DNA of 64,000 bases, from positions 6,448,001-6,512,000 of the forward strand of contig CM059432.1 in assembly GCA_030390025.1 (NCBI GenBank), in the 5' to 3' direction. The notes beneath the pieces are model-generated. The model did no database searches. It saw only the letters and a list, made by a program, of their open reading frames with translations, and was not told where the DNA came from. The translations under genes and the position numbers were made by a program. The stretch is from Squalus acanthias (Eukaryota). How positions within the stretch are numbered: position 1 is the first letter of the stretch; each line of letters opens with the position of its first letter. This document shows, one piece after another, positions 51,015 through 62,763 of this stretch.

Positions 51015-52674
51015 CAGTCATGCCAACCCTACCATCTCATAAATCATGAGACGAACTCTTAAAAATCATGAGTTTGGTATAGAAATCATGAGTTGCCATT
51101 TTTTTCAAACACAAACCAATATAGATTGACAGTTCGTTTATGAACCTCATCAGAGGCTTTATTTAATCTCTAACAGGTCACCGCTCTTTACAAAAACTAT
51201 ATATTGCTGCATCTGAAAATGCTTTTCAAAAAACTTTTGGAAAAAAACCTACCCTTTATCACCACCAATTCACCTGGTGCCCAACTCGACCACCATGCAA
51301 TGCAGTCGCTGCCGCTGCCAACCAAAGGGAAGTTTTGGGGGGGGAACAAATTCAAAAACCACCTTCCCGTGGAGACAGGAGGCACGACCAGTGTTGGCAG
51401 CTCGCCCCAAGTATGCACGCGGCCCGAATACCGATTTCTATCGATCCTTGGGTCTCGGGCTTCTGAGGCTCCCTTCCCATGGTATAAAAAAAATTCAGGG
51501 ACCCCACCCTGCAACACGATGTATTTTTTCTGTGTAAAAATTAGTTATAAAATTAAGCATTTATATTCATATTTTTATTTTACTTAATGTGAAAACTTGC
51601 TGGTGCTGAGCAACACTTCTCAATTCCAATGCTGGAAACACTCAGCAGGTCAGGTAGCATCTGTGGAGCGAGGAACAGATTTAACGTTTCGGGTCGATGA
51701 GCTTTCATCAGAACTGGTCATCGACCTGAAATGTTAACTCTGTTTTTCTCTCTCCACCTGCTGAGTGTTTTCCAACATTTTCTGTTTTTAACTTCACGTT
51801 TCCAGCATCCGCTGTATGTTGTTTGCTTGTACGTGGGATCGTAAAAGCACAATAATCCCTCCACTCCCCCTCCCCAAGAAAGGTTACACAATGGAAATTT
51901 ACGGATAGAAATCAAAAAAGCAACATCTGGATCGTGGAAGGGTGATAAAGTTATAAAATGATGAGACTAAGAGACATGTGAATCTCATGCATTCGGAGTT
52001 GGTTTAAATATGTGGCTTACTGTGGACGCCACTGCTGATTAAACACCGCCTCATGTACTGAGAAGGGCTGCAATTCGCCTCACTCTTTGATGATAAACCC
52101 GACACCCACCATTGCCCCGAATCCTTCTAACCTTTCAGTTCCTGCTGCGAGCGTGGCCCAATTGCCTGCAGTTCAAAGCGCCAGATACCGGGGCACCTAG
52201 GATCACGGCGTCCTCCCGTCTCAAACTTGAGCTTAGCGCCGAATCATTTCGCTTAAGCCCTGCCGAGGCCCCGCATCTCACTTGCCTTACCTGCTCCTTC
52301 AAGGGCCGCTAACATGCCACCACACGGTGCGCACAGGCCGAGAAAGCGGGCAAACATCAGCGGCGCTGCTGCGTTTGCGCGGCTGGGTCGAGGAGATGGC
52401 GGCCGAAAGAAGGGAGGGGGGGAAAAAAATCAGATGAACAGTTGGATTTTACCAGCGGCGGCGCCAGAGGTGGAGGAGAAATTGCTGTTTGGATGGTGAA
52501 AGTGGCAGTGTGCAGGTATAAAGACAGTGTATTTTTGGTTGTTTTTGGCGGACCTCTGAAATCGGAAACAAAATCATGACTTTTCTGAGTTGAATTGCGA
52601 GATCGCGAGTTGGGGTATATTTTCATTAAAAAATTGCATGTCTCACGATTAAATCAAGAGAGTTGGCAACTCTG
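51015..52674. mobile_element. hAT-like TIR element inserted into a + strand SINE (50931-51014 and 52675-52736); carries nested repeats
   Basis: Ends CAGTCATGCCAACCC / GAGTTGGCAACTCTG; CTGAGT at 51009-51014 and 52675-52680; repeated subterminal AATCATGAG. Confidence 0.65.
51627..51830. mobile_element. Fold-back Penelope-derived element with a minus-strand hammerhead (51679-51715) abutting a partial plus-strand one
   Basis: Reverse complement agtt-CTGATGA-aagctcatcgaccc-GAAACGTT-aaat, followed directly by ggtcatcgacctgaaatgttaac; inverted arms. Confidence 0.75.
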
Positions 52675-52941
52675 CTGAGTGTTGGAGGTGAGATGTTAAA
52701 CTGACGCCTCCGTCTGTTCGGGTGGATGTAAAAGAGTATCTACTATACTATTAAAAACATTAACCATAAGTCCTTTTCTGTCCCTCTGATTTGCTCACTT
52801 AATCCACCACATTACCTTGTGGCTAGCTCATGCAAATCACATGATTCGTGCCTTATTTTTCTTCCAGCAATTTGACTGGTTCATGGAAACCATGTGGTCC
52901 ACGCTAGTAGTGATCTCTTTAGTTTATAGGAACCATATACC

Positions 52942-53180
52942 CTGCCTTCCACCCTATCATAGACCTTCCCTTTTGATCTTTCCTCCCTGCCCCCCTTTCT
53001 CTGCCTCTGTACTTGCTTAAAACAGGTTACATCTTTACCATTTTCTAGTTCTGATGAAAGGTCATTGATCTGAAACGTTAACTCTCTTTCTCTCCACAGA
53101 TGCTGCCTGACCTGCTGAGTATTTTTGGTGTTTTCTGTTTTTATTTCAGACTTCCAGCATCCAGAGTATTTTGCTTTTGC
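52942..53180 (+). mobile_element. Penelope-like terminal repeat fragment
   Basis: Reverse-complement match to 14775-15010. Confidence 0.8.
53047..53083 (+). ncRNA. Minimal hammerhead ribozyme motif, sense to VPS13B
   Basis: agtt-CTGATGA-aaggtcattgatct-GAA-ACGT-T-aact; stem II retained with a G-U pair. Confidence 0.72.
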
Positions 53181-53289
53181 AGAAGGATCTGCTGATGCGG
53201 TTAGATCAAGTAGGGTGGAAGGAGGCTCGTGTGGGACACAGACCAGTTGGGCCGAATGGCCTGTTACTGTGCTGTACATTCTACAGAAA

Positions 53290-53955
53290 GCCACCTCTGG
53301 CCCTAGGTCAGTGAGGGCACACAGGCAGAACACTTTGCAACAGTGGCCCGAGTCTACTCTGCGACAGAATACTGCTCTGCCTCATGGTCCTGCAACCGCC
53401 ACACAGAAGATCGTGGACGTACAGCTAATCGCCGCCATGAGAACGGTGTCCGGGACGCTCAAGTCTACTCCCAACTGAGTGGCTTCCGTTGCTGTCCCAC
53501 ATTGCCCGCTTGCCATTCGTCGCGAAAGCGCTTAAAATTGCGCCGGCCATTCTGGGAAACAGCAGCCCTTATTCATGCAGCTGTTATCGACCCACTATCC
53601 AGATGGAGGGAATCGTGGGACGCATGCAACAAAAAGAAGCAACACCTCATCACTGAGCCAACAGCAGAGGTCCCTGGCTTCGACCTCCCTCGAAGACAGT
53701 GGACGGCGCGCAACCCAATCCGCACAAGGCGTGGCCGATGTGGGCACCTGCCCCACAAGTGGAAGATGGGGGATGATATGAAGTGCAACTGTGACCATGA
53801 GTCCCAGACCATGGAACACATCACACCAACCTGCCCACTTCAGATCTGTTGCGGGAGGCACCTCATTTCTCCACTCGGCATCTCAGGAGGCCGTCGAATG
53901 GAGAGCCAAACTCAATATCCCATTGTAAGCTTTTCCCGTCATATGAAACAACAAG
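53290..53955 (+). mobile_element. I-group (Ingi/Vingi-like) LINE 3' fragment
   Basis: Frameshifted VYSATEYCSASW, VDVQLIAAMRTVSGTLKSTP, PGFDLPRRQW and the C-terminal zinc-knuckle KCNCDHESQTMEHITPTCP; ends CATATGAAACAACAA. Confidence 0.65.
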
Positions 53956-55357
53956 TGAGGTTGCAGCAAACTGGGTTTGGGAAGAATTGAGGCCCAAGAG
54001 CAGCTGTTGCAACAAAATACATTTGCTGAGCTCTATCCTTGGCATGGTGTATGGTTCCGATAAACTAAACAGATCACTATTGGTAATGGGAGCTTGGATC
54101 ACATGGTATCCATGAACCAGTCAAATTGCTGGTAGACAAATAAGGCATGGATCACGTGATTTCCATGGATTAATGAGCTAACCACAAGGCAATGTGGTGG
54201 ATTAAGTGAGCAAATCAGAGGGACAGAAAGGATTTATGGTTAATGTTTTTAATCGTATAGTACATGTACAGTTAAGTGAGACTTTGAAACATTGACCACA
54301 CACTGAAAGGTAAACTGTGCTCAAAGTTAGTAATCCAGATATGTGTGCAACATTTTCACCGAATGATGTGACTGCGTAACAAAGAGAAAAAGATGGAGAA
54401 ATTAAAACCTATTTCTTATTTCTCCTTTCTTCTATTTTTAAAAATATTTTTCTTTCCCCACCTCTTCCACCCAAGGCACTTATGTGCCACACATTGTCTT
54501 GAAGCTAAGAGGATAGGCAAGTGACCTCCTCCCAGTCCTGTACCATTATTGCCAGACAAACAATTTTATTCTCCTTTCTCCTTGTACAGCAGCACCTCAC
54601 CACTTGCTAACATCTGTTTGGTTGCAATTGAGACCAAGGAACTGCGGTGTAGGAAGTCATGGTTTGAAAGCCATATTTTTAAACCACTTTATGAAGGGAT
54701 TATTTTTAAGTGGTTAAATGAAAATGATACACCATGCACTTTATTTCCGAGGTGAATTGAGAACCTTGTAGAGGCAATGCCTACCATAGTTATGAAAAAA
54801 AAAATCTTGTGGTTTGCCTAAGGCTAAGAGCAAAGTGAATATTGTACAAAAAAAAAGGCTTGGCTTAGCGAATAAATGTTCTCAACCTTATGATACATGC
54901 TGTATAGATGAGTACTGTCCCAGCTTCCGTGCCGATTGAGGTAGCTGATCTCATTGTTACGTGAATGTTGGGTGCAGAAAAATCGGACTCGGCCACTGTT
55001 CAGGCTTATACATTAAAGGTGCACTTAAACTGAAGCTGCCAGTCTGGGCAGTTTAATTGCAGTTTGGGTTTTTAGGCTAGGCGAAACCCTGTCTGCATTG
55101 CTTGGCTGCTGCGTGGTTGTAACCACAACTATCCTAATGAGGTTTGAGCTCTGCTCCTGCCTGGATAGATGTGTGCACAGAGCTCTCATCTGATAGTTAG
55201 AAATTTAAATGTTCAGAGACTGCTGGGAGGAAAAGACGAGGGGGAGACAATTCTTGCTATCTAAACATGTAAACTGAGAAAAGTGCCCGGGAAGTCCAAA
55301 CCCTTGAGTAATTTCTGAGATAGGTTTGACCCGGCACTGGATTTACTCTTCATTTAA

Positions 55358-55462
55358 TGTAGTCCCGACTCTTCCAATACGCTCCGGGCCGGCCTCCCAT
55401 CCTCCACCTTCCATAAACTTGAGGTCATCCAAAACTCTGCTGCTTGTATCCTAACCCGCACA
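55358..55462 (+). mobile_element. L2 LINE internal fragment
   Basis: GGCCTCCCATCCTCCACCTTCCATAAACTTGAGGTCATCCAAAACTCTGCTGC is the reverse complement of about 7250-7320. Confidence 0.75.
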
Positions 55463-55483
55463 TGGTACCGCTGCTGTCGTGCT

Positions 55484-56034
55484 TGGGGTTGTCGGCTCTG
55501 GTTGGGTGTATTCCTGGAGGGTTCATCACATGATCTCCTGCTTTGAACCACCCCGCCCCCACACTCCCGCCATTGGTCCATTCTCCAGACGCACGGCCTT
55601 CCCATGGCAGTTGGAAAGGGAACAGACCAATGTACCCTCTAATTTTTTTTTGGGTGGCGTGGCCCCTTTAACGGGCTGCGCGGCCCATTCATAATTATGC
55701 ACACGCGTGGTTTTTCCATTTCGAAGCCAGTGAGCCGGCTGCGCGACACCTCCAGAGCGCTGCGCGGCCGTGCAGCTAAAAGGGAACATTGGAACACATC
55801 CTTTGTTGCCCAATTGTATTAATCTTAACTGTTGGAGAAACAACTTTTTGGTCCCCCATCTCGAATATTTTTCAAACTAATAAATTGAATTATTCAAAGA
55901 AAATAAAAATAAAAACGCACAATTTTGTTTAATGCCCCTATGATTTTTCTCCTGGTTTGCTTGCAGTTGTGTCCTGGAGATTAATCTTCAATTCCTGGAG
56001 ATTCCATGACAATCCTGGAGGATTGGCACCCCTA
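55484..56034. mobile_element. hAT-like element (TAGGGTTGCCA-type ends) with nested hAT MITE at 55628-55791
   Basis: Degenerate ends TTGGGGTTGTCGGCTCTGG / GGATTGGCACCCCTA. Nested MITE CAATGTACCCTCTAA...AGGGAACATTG with flanks gaacagac / gaacacat. Confidence 0.6.
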
Positions 56035-56470
56035 GTTGTGTTGCAGGTGCCAGTGCGTCTGCATACCTTCAGGAGGGACAGGAAAGAATGGGGAGAAGTT
56101 TGCAAGAGTGGGAGGAAGGCACACTCTTGTACTGACATAGCTCCACTTACAGATGTGGATCAGTTTTCAATGTGAATAATCTTACTCTGAAGTTTTATCC
56201 ATAACAGACTATCTGTACTATTAATTATGCAATACTGGCTTTATTTATAGTCAGGAAATGTATATGTTTAATTATATCTATAAGTTTTCACAACCACTTT
56301 CATTCTACTTATGGTCTTTTTCATATTTTAACAGTGAAGTTTTTCTCTTTTTTAGTAGCTGGTTCTATTTATAACTACGGTTCTTTTTTTCCCTCCCAAG
56401 TATTCGAGCAAACTGCCTTTCCTCAAGGAAAATGTGTGCTTATGCTGTGTTGCTGTCATTGTGTTCTCAG

Positions 56471-56665
56471 GTTCCGTTAGTCAACAACAAGATGCTTCCA
56501 CGAACAAAAGCGAGGATCTGAGCAGCGTCCAAGAGATGTCCACGAAACGCCTCGTCGTGGGTCCAATGGAGCTTCGGCTGGACAGTAGCTCTGTTCACAG
56601 AATACTAAAGATGGCGGCATGTGGACTGGAACATGAGTATGAACCGTACAGCAAGCCGAACTCAG
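56471..56665 (+). CDS. VPS13B: VPS13B coding exon (approx. human exon 13), 195 bp, phase 1/1
   Basis: gtgttctcAG acceptor, TCAG|GTTAAA donor. Encodes (G)SVSQQQDASTNKSEDLSSVQEMSTKRLVVGPMELRLDSSSVHRILKMAACGLEHEYEPYSKPNS. Confidence 0.94.
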
Positions 56666-56802
56666 GTTAAAACAAAATTTGTAATGTGTCACCTAAAAGT
56701 AACGACCTGAGATTTTTCAATTGAAAGATTTTTAACAATAGGTTTAAACGCTACAGTTGTATCTGCTGATGTTTGTTATGAGTGTAGTTTATTTCACAGT
56801 AT

Positions 56803-57690
56803 AGAATCATAGAATAGAATTATAGAAAGTTACAGCCGGAAGGAGGCCATTTTGGCCCATCGTGTCCACGCCGGCCAACATAGCTATCCAGCCTAATCCC
56901 ACTTCCCAGCTCTTGGTCCGTAGCCCTGCAGGTTAGAGCATCCCAAGTGCGCATCCCAAGTGCACATCCCAGTACTTTTTAAATGTGGTTAGGGTTCCTG
57001 CCTCTACTACCGTTTCAGGCAGTGAGTTCCAGACCCCCACAACTCTCTGGGTGAAGAAATTTCCCCTCAAATCCCCTCTAAACCTTCCCCCATTACTTTA
57101 AATCTGTGCCCCCTGGTTTTTGACCCCTCTGCTAAGGGAAGTAGGTCCTTTCTATCCACTTTATCTATGCCCCTCATAATTTTATACACCTCAATAAGGT
57201 CTCCCCTCAGCCACCTCTGTTCCAAGGAAAACAGACCCAGCCTATCCAGTCTTTCCTCATAGCTAAGATTCTCTACTCCCAGCAATATCCTTGTAAATCT
57301 CCTCTGTACCCTCTCTAGTGCAATCACATCTTTCCTGTAATGTGGTGACCAGAACTGCACGCCGTACTCGAGCTGAGACCTAACTAGTGTTTTATACAGT
57401 TGAAGCATAACCCCCCCCTGCTCTTGTATTCTATGCCACGGCTAATAAAGGCAAGCATTCCGTATGCCTTCTTAACTACCTTATCTACCTGGCCTGCTAC
57501 CTTCAGGGATCTGTGGACATGCACTCCGAGGTCCCTTTGTTCCTCTACACTACTCAGTGTCCTACCATTTAATGTGTATTCCCTTTCCTTGTTAGCCCTC
57601 CCCAAATGCGTTACCTCACACTTCTCCGGATTGAATTCCATTTGCCACTGTTCTACCCACCTGACCAATTTATTGATATCTTCCTGCAAT
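56803..57690 (-). mobile_element. CR1 LINE 3' portion
   Basis: Minus ORFs WQMEFNPEKCEVTHLG and LVRSQLEYGVQFWSPHY...; (ATTCT)n tail. Confidence 0.93.
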
Positions 57691-57769
57691 ATAATGAAGT
57701 ATAAACCTGAAAGGTTTGTTTAATTTACATAATTTAATCTTTACTTTCAGAATTCAGGCAAAATCCTTT

Positions 57770-58469
57770 GGGCTAGAAATTCGGCTCCTTTGCGCCTGCT
57801 GTTAGCGTCTCCGGGGGGCTGCTAACGGAGCGCAAAGGGCTTATCACCTGGTGGGGGGGGGGACGACAAAATAGCCTCCTGAGAAATTCGGCAGGGCTTT
57901 GCTGAGGCGCTACCCAATAGTGCCGCGCCCCTGCCGGTAGCGCCCCGGGCCCCTTACCGCCCTGCGGCAGAAATTCAACTGTGCCCCGCGAGACTGCTGC
58001 GGCAGGTGTCAGCGCCAGCCTCGTGGGTCGCGAACAGGGCCGACCTCCGCTCACGGGGCGATATTTGAAGGGGAGGTGCGGCCGCGACCTGTGCCGCCAT
58101 TTTCTTTTTTTGGCCGACCTCTAGGTCGGCCCTCCGTGGTGGACCGTGGCGCGGGCCTGGCCACCATCGCGCAGCCCTGGTGGCCTAGTGTGGGCCATCG
58201 GAGGCCCCGCAGAGTGTGCAGCGGCCCTTTAGCTGAAGGGGAGGGGAGTTGAAATGCGGCAGCGCTCCCCAGAGCCCTGCCGATCGCGCCCCGACATCGC
58301 CTCGGTTACTGCATCACCAGGAAGTAGAGCGCTCGCGATTGCGTTCCACTTGTCTGCGGGGCAGTAAGCCGAATTTAGCGGCCGGGGCGGTACATCCGCG
58401 CCGGGCGCTAAATGTCCGGCCTTAACTCGGTTACCGCCCCGAAATGGGGCGTAACCGAATTTCGCGCCC
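57770..58469. mobile_element. GC/CpG-rich TIR element, family C
   Basis: TIRs GGGCTAGAAATTCGG / CCGAATTTCGCGCCC; related to 5596-6249 in opposite orientation. Confidence 0.75.
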
Positions 58470-59239
58470 CAAATTTTTAATATAGCAGTCGATCTCCTTT
58501 ATACAGTTAGTTGCACAGAGGGGAGTCAAGACCAAGTGCAGCTTAATGTCAAGCAGGGTTGGAGGGTGGGATCGAAGATGGGCGACGGGCAAGAAGGCAG
58601 CTGTGAGGTGCAAAACTGGCACGGGAGGAGCGCGGGGATGGGGGTAGAGAGTTGCTGAGTGTGACGGGGAAAAGGGGAGGAGAGGAAGGGAGGGGACAGA
58701 AGGAGGAGGGAAGAGAATGGAGTGACGGGGAGGAGGAGGATGGGGCAATTGGCTCCAATTTGCTATGATGCTCAATGGGGGAGGGGGAGAAGATGACATG
58801 CTGAGGTGAGGAGGCTGGGTTCTGGTTACTGAAGTGCTGCTTGGTGAAGGGAGGCATTTTCAGCTGAGGGGTGTGGGCTCTGATCAATTAAGTGATCGGT
58901 ATGGGGGTGTGGTGCTGTGGATCTATGCTCTGGTGAGGTGTGTGGGATGGTTGCTTGACCAAGGGGTTGGGTTCCAAACAACTTGATACTTAGTGGGAGT
59001 GGTAGGGTGTTGGCACCAAACACCTAGGTGCTGCTTAGCGTGAGAGAGGGCACTTTACTAGCTCCGATTCTGTTCCATTGGGTTTTCCGACATTTAATAC
59101 TTGGTCCAGCGAGAAGTTCAACCATTGGCTGTTGCATTTTATGTGTTTACATTCTTACACTTCTGTTGGCTTCTTCCGACCTGTTTTTTTCGAATCCTGT
59201 TCGTCAAGACCCATTAAACTTGCAGGTTTTTTTTTGATT

Positions 59240-59642
59240 GGCTTGTTCTTCCTAGAGCAGAGAAGGTTGAGAGGAGATTTAATAGAGATGTTGAAAATTA
59301 TGAAGAGTTTTGATAGAGTAAAGAAGGAGAAACTGTCGCCACTGGCAGGAGGGTCGGTAAGCAGAGGACACCGATTTAAGATAATTGGCAAAAGAACCAG
59401 AGGGGAAATGAGGAGACATTTTTTTATGCACCGGGTTGTTAGGAACTGGAATGCGCTGCCTGAAAGGGCGGTGGAAGCAGATTCAATCGTAACTTTCAAA
59501 AGGAAATTGGATAAATACTTGAAAAGAAAATATTTGCAGGGCTATGGGGAAAGAGCAAAGGGAGTGGGTCATATTTGATAGCTCTTTTAAAGAGCTGGCA
59601 TAGATGGGCCGAAAGGCCGCCTTCTGTGCTGTATGAATCCTA
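59240..59642 (+). mobile_element. CR1 3' fragment
   Basis: GLFFLEQRRLRGDLIEMLKI...RHFFMHRVVRNWNALP plus tail. Confidence 0.9.
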
Positions 59643-59664
59643 TTTGTAACATGGCCTTTTTTTA

Positions 59665-60077
59665 TTTTGGTCCCCATATTACAAAAAGGATATAAGTCAC
59701 TGGAGAAGGTGCAAAAATGATTTACAAGGATGATGCCAGAACTGAGAGGTTATAATTATCGAAAAAGATTGAGCAGGCTGGGGCTCTTTTCTCTAGAACA
59801 GAGAAGGCTGAGGAGTGACCTGTTAGAGGTCTTTTAAAATTATGAAGTGGTTCGATAGGGTAGACGTAGAGAAGATGTTTCCATTTGTGGGGAGTCCAAA
59901 ACTAGGGATCATAAATAAAAGGTAGTTACGAATAAATTGAATAGGTAATTCAGGAGAAACTTCTTTATCCAGAGAGTGGTTAGAATGTGGAATTCTCTAC
60001 CACATGGAGTAGTTGAGGCGAATAGCAAAGATGCATTTACGGGGAAGCTAGATAAACACATTAGGGAGAAAGGAATA
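59665..60077 (+). mobile_element. CR1 3' fragment, interrupted; tail resumes at 62131-62256
   Basis: Near-colinear with 15575-16085; breaks at GGAGAAAGGAATA and resumes GAATAGAAGGTTATGCTG. Confidence 0.85.
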
Positions 60078-60087
60078 TGGGCATATA

Positions 60088-61287
60088 ATCTGCTCCCGAC
60101 CTCATTACAGCCTTGGTCCAAACATGGACAAAAGAGCTGAATTCCAGAGGTGAGGTGAGAGTGACTGCCCTTGACATCAAGGCAGCATTATTGAAGTCAA
60201 TGGGATCGGGGGGGGGGGGGGGGGGGGAAACTCTAGCACAAAGGAAGATGGTTGTGGTGATTGAAGGTCAATCATCACAGCCCCAGGACATCGCTGCAGG
60301 AGTTCCTCAGGGCAGTGTTCTAGGCCCAACCATCTTCAGCTGCTTCATCAATGACCTTCCCTCCAACGTAAGGTCAGAAATGGGGATGTTCGCTGATGAC
60401 TGTTCAGTGCCATTCACAACTCCTCAGATAATGAAGCAGTCCATGTCTGCATGCAACAAGACCTGGATGACGTTCAGGCTTGGGCTGATAAGTGGCAGGT
60501 AACATTCGTGCCACAGAAGTGCCAGGCAATGACTATCTCCAACAAGCGATAGTCTAACCACCTCCCCTTGACATTCAGTGGCATCACCATCGCCAAATCC
60601 CCCACCCTCAACATCCTGGGGGTCACCATTGACCAGAAACTTAACTGGACCAGCCACATAAATACTGTGGCTACAAGAGCAGGTCAGAGGCTAGGTATTC
60701 TGTGGCGAGTGTCTCACCTCCTATCTCCCCAAAGCCTTTCTACCATCTACAAGGCACAAGTAAGGAGTGTAATGGGATACTCTCCACTTGCCTGGATGAG
60801 TGCAGCTCCAACAACACTCAAGAAGCTCGACACCATCCAGGGCAAAGCAGCCCGCTTGATTGGCACCCCATCTACCACCTTAAACATTCACTCCCTCCAC
60901 CCCCGGTGTACTGTGGCTGCAGTGTGTACCATCTACAAGATGCACTGCAGCAACTTGCCAAGGCTTCTTCAGCAGCACCTCCCAAACCCGCGACCTCTTC
61001 CACCTAGAAGGACAAAGGAAGCAGGTGCATGGGAGCACCACCACCTCCAAGTTTCCCTCCAAGTCACACATCATCCTGACTTAGAAGTATATCGCAGATC
61101 CTTCATCGTCGCTGGGTCAAAATCCTGGAACTCCCTCCCTAACAGCACTGTGGGAGTACCTTCACCACACGGACTGCCGCGGTTCAAGAAGACGGCTCAC
61201 CACCACCTTCTCGAGGGCAATTAGGGATGGGCAATAAATACTGGCCTTGCCAGCGACGCCCAGATCCCATAAACTAATTTAAAAAAA
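60088..61287 (+). mobile_element. Second CR1-group LINE family (CR1-Zenon-like), RT and 3' end
   Basis: ALDIK, GVPQGSVLGPTIFSCFINDL, MFADD, LGVTIDQKLNWTSHI...YKAQVRSVMGYSPLAW; 3' end GGGCAATAAATACTGGCCTTGCCAGCGACGCCCAGATCCC. The clade label is from memory. Confidence 0.75.
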
Positions 61288-61302
61288 TGTTTTTTTAAAT
61301 AT

Positions 61303-62130
61303 AATTGGCAAATGAATTTCAACACAGGTAAATGTGAGGTATTACATTTTGGTAAGAAAAATAGGGAGGTCACATATTACTTGGAAAAAACAAATCTAAA
61401 TGGGGTAGAGGAGTAAAGGGTTCTCGGAGTACAAATACACAAATCACTAAAAGTAGCGACACAGGTTAACGAGGCCATAAAAAAAAAAAGTAAACCAACC
61501 ACTCGGGTTTATTTCTAGAGGGATAGAATTGAAAAGTAGTGAAGTTATGCTAAACTTATATCGAACCTTGGTTAGACCACACTTGGAGTACTGTGTGCAA
61601 TTCTGATCGCCATATTATAAAAAGGATATAGAGGCACTGGCGATGGCGCAAAAAAGATTTAGAAGGATGATACCAGAAATGCGAGGGTATACCTATCAGG
61701 AAAGGATGAACAGGCTGGTGGTCTCTTCTCTTGAGAAGAGAAGGCTGAGGGGTGACCTAATAGAAGTCTTTAAAAATTTTGAAAGGTTTAAACAGAGTAG
61801 ATACAGAGAGAGTGTTTCCACTTGTGGGGAAGAGCAAAACTAGAGGCCATCAATATAAGAAAGTCACCAAGAAATCAAATAGGGAATTCAAAAGAAACTT
61901 CTTTACCCAGAGAGTGGTGAGAATGTGGAACTCGCTACCACAGGGAGTGGTTGAAGCAAATAGTGTAGATGCATTTAAGGGGAGGCTAGATAAGCATGTG
62001 AGGGAGAAGGGACTAGAGGTCTATGCTGATAGAGTTAGATGAGGAAAGACTGGAGGAGGCTCGAGTGGAGCATAAATGCCAGCATGGACTGTTTGGGCCG
62101 AACGGCCTGTTTCGGTGCTGTGTATCCTAT
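61303..62130 (+). mobile_element. CR1 3' portion
   Basis: WQMNFNTGKCEV, LVRPHLEYCVQF and RNFFTQRVVRMWNSLP remnants plus tail ending TATCCTAT. Confidence 0.92.
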
Positions 62131-62763
62131 GAATAGAAGGTTATGCTGAAAGGGTTAGACGTAGTTGGTGTGAGAGGAGGCTCTTGTGGAGCATAAACAC
62201 CAGCATAGACCCGTTGGGCTGCATGGCCTGTTCCTGTGCTGTAAATTCAATGTAAATGCAAATGAAAATATGACCTTTCTTAAAATCATGTCAGTTGCAT
62301 TTTCGCATTCCGGCTTCTGTCATTGCTCAGCAGCGAGCCCACCTTGACAAAGTTCAGGGGCAGACTCTGACAGACCCGCACTTACTTTTGCAGATTTCCT
62401 TCTGTTCCAAGATGAAAGCTATCAGTTTCAAACTGCAGAGTTTGTTTCACAGTACTGTCTGATTTGCTGGTTCCTGGAAGGTCACAATCGCAAATTTCTT
62501 TGTAGAAAGGCGTACCTGAGTATTATTAAGGCTTATGTTTGGGTGTGTCATGTGATGTTGGATGCTGATCAATTATAGTCCCATTAGTCGTGTAATGTTA
62601 CGTTCACCGCGCCACCTTACTAATGCAGCACCTTACTGTTTTTAATATATAATTGATTGAATAATCATCCTGTCAGTATTGTGTTTGCTTTCCAAAAAGC
62701 CTCCAATTATTCTAATAACAGCGATGATGTTTATGCTAATATTGTCCCTTTGAAACCTTTCAG

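Larger units (their letters stand above)
52743..54260. mobile_element. TA-flanked element with about 200-bp terminal inverted repeats (Tc1/mariner-like shell)
   Basis: 52743-52946 is the reverse complement of about 54041-54260; TA at 52741-52742 and 54261-54262. Confidence 0.7.

Noticed and set aside
58560..59000. Purine/G-rich tract giving proline-rich minus-strand ORFs
   Set aside because: Low-complexity sequence with no regular period or homology I can support.
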